DNA of 64,000 nt, from NCBI RefSeq assembly GCF_964204645.1, contig NC_134032.1, positions 8,234,275-8,298,274 of the forward strand, read 5' to 3'. Below are positions 58,501-64,000 of this stretch, in pieces (position 1 is the stretch's first letter; every line of letters begins with the position of its first letter). The DNA is from Tubulanus polymorphus. Lineage: Eukaryota; Animalia; Nemertea. Position numbers and translations under genes: made by a program. Under the pieces are notes generated by a model. That model was not told where the DNA came from. It saw only the letters and a list, made by a program, of their open reading frames with translations, and did not search any database.

Positions 58501-60009
58501 ATCAGCGCATGACATGCACATGTATGTGCACACATAAGGACGGAGACATGATAAATACAGTATTTTCTCAGGTTTTTCTCGGACGTATTTTCCTTACAAC
58601 AATTTCAAGCAGAAAATCAAGCAGATATGAAAATCCTCAACTCGAAAGTTGATATGAAGCCTTATAGATTTTTAAAGAAAAGCCCTAGATTTACAAGGCG
58701 CATAGATTTTACAGGGCAGAATCCCAACCTCACACCCGTCGCTTCCCTAGACACCACCCTACTCCCCATACCCCACCACGAGTGCCACCATACCCCCTTT
58801 CTATTCTCTATACCAGTCGCTTTAGTAAACTGTCAGAGATTTGAATTTTGAAACTTCTCCCACAAATTCTACCCAAAAAGGTAATTCACGTCTGGAGCAT
58901 TTTCTATTTCGAGGGTTTGCATTAAATACACTGGAACCATGTTACAATGAACTGCTAGGGACCTGAAAATCTGTTTGTTACAACCGGTTGTTGTATTCAG
59001 TGTGAAATCGAATAAATCGTCCCACTTAGGACATAATTTGTTTTCAGCTGTAATAGCTGATAAATTGTTACTGGTATATCTGTCTGTATAACGAGCAGGA
59101 GCTGATCCAGAGCTCATCTTGTATGAGCACCCGATGAAAAGGGCACAATAATTATTAAAAGAGGCACTATCTACGAGTAACGATGTCTGGTGGCCCTCCC
59201 CCGCGAACATTTAAAAAAATAAAACCCTGCAGATGCAATTTCCAAGAATTTGAGCTCGTTTGAAACATGAAAAATATATGAGTAGCCTTTGGACGTCCTC
59301 GGGTTGTACCGAAATTTTTGACGGGAATGATTTTCGGGGCCAAGTGAAAATCTGGAGGGTAGCACGTGCCCCCAGGTGCTACCTCCTGGATCCACGCCTG
59401 ACGAGGTTCCAGTGTATCTATGACATTTTCAAAAATAGTGAAATTTTAACGCCGGTTACTCACCACTGGCATCAGAATTAAAATTCAAACATACAAATTT
59501 GTCATTATGACAAACGCAAAGAGATGCTTTCAAAGTAAAATCAGTCGAACCCGCTAAATTCGCAATTGTTTCAGACTGACAAAATCTATAAAATAGACCT
59601 CTATGAAGCCTTAACACAGCGGAACCTCGTTATAACGAACTTGGCTTATAGCAGACTTCAATCAAATTATTGGTATACAACAAACAGATTCACCCCATGT
59701 CCACCAGCACCCCACACCTGCTTGCCGAAATAACACCTGGATCCTCCAGTTTCACCAAAAATTCAGATGCAAAATTTTGGTTTAATCACTATTGGTTGTT
59801 ACTTCATGTTTCAATCAGGGGCTGCAGTTGCTCAAAGGTTGGTAAGAGTTAACCAGTGGATAGTTGGCATAGTGACAATTAGAACGTCATTGTTACTATG
59901 GTATTTATCCATCAGTTATCTTCAAACAACTATTGAGCAACTGACCACGGGACAAAAATTTGACCTTAAGCGTGTTAAGCTTTTCATAAAACCGGACCCT
60001 GAAATTAAT

Positions 60010-60451
60010 CAGGGTTTCCAGTGGTAAGGCCAGGATAAAAAGAAGTACGAAAAAGGACTTTTTCGGCAATTTTAGACCCAAAAAGAGGGACTTTTTCACT
60101 CGGAAAGAGGTACTTTCCAGTAAAATAAGGGCCCATAAGGGAGCATTTTGACAATGCCTTTGCCGAAATACTAGTCGTGTAGACCAGTCATACATTTCAG
60201 GGTAATTCCATAACACTTTCCTGTATATTCAATATTACTGACAATTTAATTACCAGGTCCGAGTAATAAAATACTTCAACGGTTGAATTCACACCAAAAT
60301 TGCGCGTGAAAATACATAAAAATTAGATTTGGAAGGACTTTTTTATCAAAAGGAAGGACTTAAGAGTCAAAAAGAAGAACAAAGATGATGTTTGTCCAAA
60401 CTTTTTCCAAAAGAAGGGACAAAGGACTTGGAAGGACTGCTGGAAACCCTG
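60010..60451. mobile_element. Non-autonomous element with CAGGGTTTCCAG TIRs and 5-bp TSD (TTAAT), nested in a MITE spanning ~59617-60528
   Basis: TTAAT at 60005-60009 and 60452-60456; outer inverted ends CAGCGGAACCTCGTTAT / ATAACGAAGTTCCGCTG. Confidence 0.7.
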
Positions 60452-60657
60452 TTAATATAGTTTCATACTGGTTAAGTTCTAATGAACAGGTTTTCTGTAA
60501 GTTCGTTGTAATAACGAAGTTCCGCTGTATTTAGAAAAAAAAAAGTTCATAATTTTTCCGGCCGCCTTTTGAGCACAATACGGCGGGTATCGAAAATTCA
60601 TCGTGAATAGGGAGTTTACATAAAAATCGACGAAAGCGACAGTTTTCTCTCACGCCT

Positions 60658-63600
60658 CTAGACGTCGAGTACCATGCGTTTAACGCCGCATTCGCAGCAG
60701 AATTTGGCGTTCGTCACCGGGTAGCGCGTACCGCATTCGTGGCAGAATTTCGCCGCGCTGGCGATGCGCCCGTTCACTTTACTGTGGTAGTTGTTGTTCG
60801 TCGCGGCGGTAGAATGGTACTGGTCGTCGTGGTGACGGGTTCTGGCGCCTCGCCCACTGCTCGGAGGCGATGGTGTATAAGGACTTCCGGTTCTGAAAAT
60901 AAAAGTTGTTTAAGAAAATTACAATTTCGACGAAAACTCCAGATATTTTCAACATTTTAAGAATTTTTTCAATAGACTTTACTCCATAATCATAATTTAT
61001 CCAAATATTCATTTATGCAAAGTGTATGAAAATTCATACAGGTATCTAAATAAAAAATGTATTCATATGTATTTAAATAAACTACACGTGGCAGTGCACT
61101 ATTGCAGAGAGTCTAATGATGTATCCAGGATATCAAAATTCCTATGAGTGAGGAACGACATCATGAGTCTCATGATGTCGTCACGTTCAAATCCCTGTGA
61201 AGGAGGAACACGACAGCCTCGTGATGCCATCAGGTTAAAATTCCTGTGAGGTAGGAACGTGACAGTGTCTTAAAGTTAAAATTCCTGTGAGGCAGGCATG
61301 TGACAGTTTCATAAAGTTCAAATCCCTGTGAAGGAGGAATGTGACATGATGCCATCAGGTTTTAATCCCTGCCAATTCAATGCGTAATAGCGTCTAGCAA
61401 TGTCATGTTCTAATTCCTGCAGGGGAGGGTGTTCCAGTATCTAACAATCAAATAGTAAGGATAGGTGCATGGTATTATGACGAAAAATGTGTGTATGAAG
61501 TTAAAGCGAATAGTAGCAGGCTGTGGAAGGTGAGGAAAACGATAGGATAATAGAAGAAAGTGCGCGCAGCAGGGTCACTAAAGTGCTGAGACACAAAAAA
61601 AAACAGCAAATCATTTGTGAGAAATTTAGTACATAGGCTATGTATAACAACACGCAACACTCAGTGGAATGGTTAAAACTCACATAGAACTTCTATCACT
61701 GTTCAGCAGCAAGAAAAAAACATATCAAATCTACTAAAAATTCGAGTTAGACAGATGTGGATCTCACCGGGTGCTATGTGCATTTAACAGAGCATCGGGC
61801 AAAATCTGCAGCTCTTAGCAAGTTTACAGTTTCCAGCAAAAAAAGGTTATTCTGGCAATGGCAAGCACCAGAGAAAATATAGTTGTTTAAAGATGCTATT
61901 TAGGGCCATAACAGCGTCATATTTTCACAATTTTTGGACAAAATCATGCCCTTGGTTTGACAGAAGTTGTCTTTATATTAAAGGGTTCACTTTTGATTGT
62001 CTTACGGAGACCTGAAATAAGACCTCTCACGGATAGAGCCCTTGTTGAGGTCCATTTCATCAAAATTGGGTTTGGAAGTCATTCAGGGATCAGACTGATG
62101 AACTCAGGATTTTTTTCACACCCTTACAATTAGCTTTTCCCACAAGAAAATACCAGGACTTTTCAAATTTTTTTCACATTCCTTCACGAAAACACCAGCA
62201 GTTTTGAGTTACTTACCGATCATAAGCTGGACAGATAAAACTAAAATTTTCTTAAATTTGAACACAGCCAGTGCATAAATTCTGAGCTCCACAGTATTAC
62301 ACTTAAGCATAAAAAGATGAAAATACTAATGCAGTTATTTTCTTAAATTTTTCACATTTTGATGATTTTTTCAGTTTTTCGTACAATTCTTTAAGCAGAC
62401 ATTCATTTTCACAATCAATTCATTCATTTACATCAATCTGACCCCTGGTTTGGTTTGTGGAAGCAGCAGCAGCACAGTGGTAGCACGGGTTATAAGATCT
62501 CTAAGGCGCGCTTGAAAATTTAAAAAAAACTAGTTCGAAATCCTAATTTATACTCACAAGATAATCTAAAATCTGCGATTTCCACCTTTTCTATATTACG
62601 TAGAGGAACAATGATTTAAGCGACTGAAAAACCCACACCCTCCCCGACCCAAACACCCTATAGGCCTACAGTGGAACCTCGTTCATACGAATCTTGAGAG
62701 CAAACGTGAAATTGTCGTATTCAACGGGTTTCGTATTATCCAAATCTTGAATGATATATGTTAGCTGGGACATGCGGAACGGGTTTCGTCTTCAACAGAA
62801 TATCAACGAGGTTCAACTGTACATGGTACAGAGGGTAGGGGGGAACTGGGACACCGTTAAATTTGGAGAAAAAAATTCTTCTGATTTGAATTTTTTTTTT
62901 AAGGAGAACTTTTAACTACTACAGCCTATTTTAGACAAAATTTTGAAGTACTTTTTCAATATCAATTGAAACATGATATTGGTTAATTCTATTGATGAAA
63001 AATCAACTGGTTCCGCAGTTCTAATTTGAGTTGAAGAGTTATCTTAAAATGAGTTCAATTTCTATCACATGGATAAATCAAATTTTCGAACATAAACTCA
63101 GGGCTCAGTTTCATGAAGGATGAACTCCTAAACCAATTTAAGATAAACTTGAAATATTGACGAAACTCGATAATGAGATCAAACTTTTTTGTGAAACTGA
63201 ACCCTGCTGATCTTGAACTGTGAAACAAAGTGGACCCATTCGCTTTTCAAAATTAAGTCCCAACTTCAGAATCCCAGAAGCAATTCTACAGCCGCGTCAC
63301 ACAAGCATTTTTGGTCCGGGCCATATTGGTCAGCAAAAACTGTTCACACGGGGGCCAAACCAAACCAAATATGTCCAACCAAGCCCAAGCCAAACTTAAG
63401 CACGGGTCATATTATTGCCAGTGAATTGCAACTGGTTCCAGAAGTGACTCACTCCGCTTTGTTTATGCATTGTTTAGTACTGAGTGAGTGGTTTCCGTGT
63501 CTCATTAGGCACGGGTCAAATTTTACTCGGGCCTGATCCCTGCCAAATCAGCCATCAATCAATGGGGATTATAAAGCAAATGCATCATTTTCAATCACTT

Positions 63601-63805
63601 CGGCGATTTGGGTACAAAATGGTTAGATAGTGTTATATGTGACAGGTGCGTCGTACCTAGCTGGTGATAGATGAGGCAATGAATCGCTTGAATTATACCT
63701 ATTACTCCCCATTCCCGCACCGCTGCCACCATACATGTCCTTCTTGGCCGCTTCGTAGACCTGGGGATTGCGACCGGTTCTCATCGGTCGTCCATAGCTG
63801 TCCGT
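60658..63805 (-). CDS. ZC2HC1A: 3' part of a zinc finger C2HC domain-containing protein 1A-like gene (exons 63805-63657 or 63805-63699, and terminal exon 60892-60658); continues beyond the right edge
   Basis: Terminal exon ends [31 protein letters not shown], matching the recalled C-terminus of vertebrate ZC2HC1A/FAM164A ([25 protein letters not shown]); upstream exon joins in phase 2. Confidence 0.85.
61130..61420. repeat. Degenerate ~40-bp intronic tandem repeat (AAATTCCTGTGAGGNAGGAACGTGACA)
   Basis: Five to six diverged units. Confidence 0.65.
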
Positions 63806-64000
63806 CTGTCGAGAGAATAGATACATCGACATGTCTTAAACCTTGGAAAATCGAAACGCTAAAATATTATCATTGATAGTCTCAATACACCGAAATGTTT
63901 TAGAAAATGAAGCTCATATTGTTATCCTTTCTGTGGATTTTAGGGTGCTAAAAGTCAATTAGAGTCTTAAAACATTGATAGTCTCAAAACATTGAAATAT

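Noticed and set aside
61768-61851. Additional cassette exon in the ZC2HC1A-like intron
   Set aside because: Has a GTGAGA donor but the candidate acceptors give a stop or frameshift in the required phase.

Overview
Eukaryotic (animal, most likely invertebrate) genomic DNA with GT-AG introns, not a prokaryotic locus; most entries in the ORF track are intronic noise. Splicing by hand gives: (1) a complete 12-exon FAF2/UBXD8 gene (+, 3761-16548, 450 aa); (2) an intronless class A GPCR (+, 31201-32145); (3) a 6-coding-exon glucosidase II beta (PRKCSH)-like gene (-, 40469-35527, 398 aa) with an unusual architecture: N-terminal membrane anchor, no EF-hand/acidic tract, no HDEL, but an intact MRH mannose-binding signature; (4) a complete 12-exon MTMR9 pseudophosphatase (+, 45708-55581, 553 aa); (5) the last exons of a ZC2HC1A-like gene (-); and (6) a probable unidentified gene leaving the left edge head-to-head with FAF2. 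Non-coding DNA holds a 7.4-kb 47/53-bp satellite with higher-order structure abutting a 5'-truncated LINE, several minisatellites, a tRNA-derived SINE and many MITEs (piggyBac-like TTAA, hAT-like, TA-flanked). Most notable: the membrane-anchored GIIbeta-like lectin candidate, a palindromic MITE carrying two further MITEs stacked at its single central TA, TSD-flanked fold-back insertions with hammerhead-like remnants (Penelope-like), and a strongly over-represented TAGGCCTA octamer concentrated around the two divergent promoters. All assignments come from reading the sequence and recalled family motifs; no searches were run.
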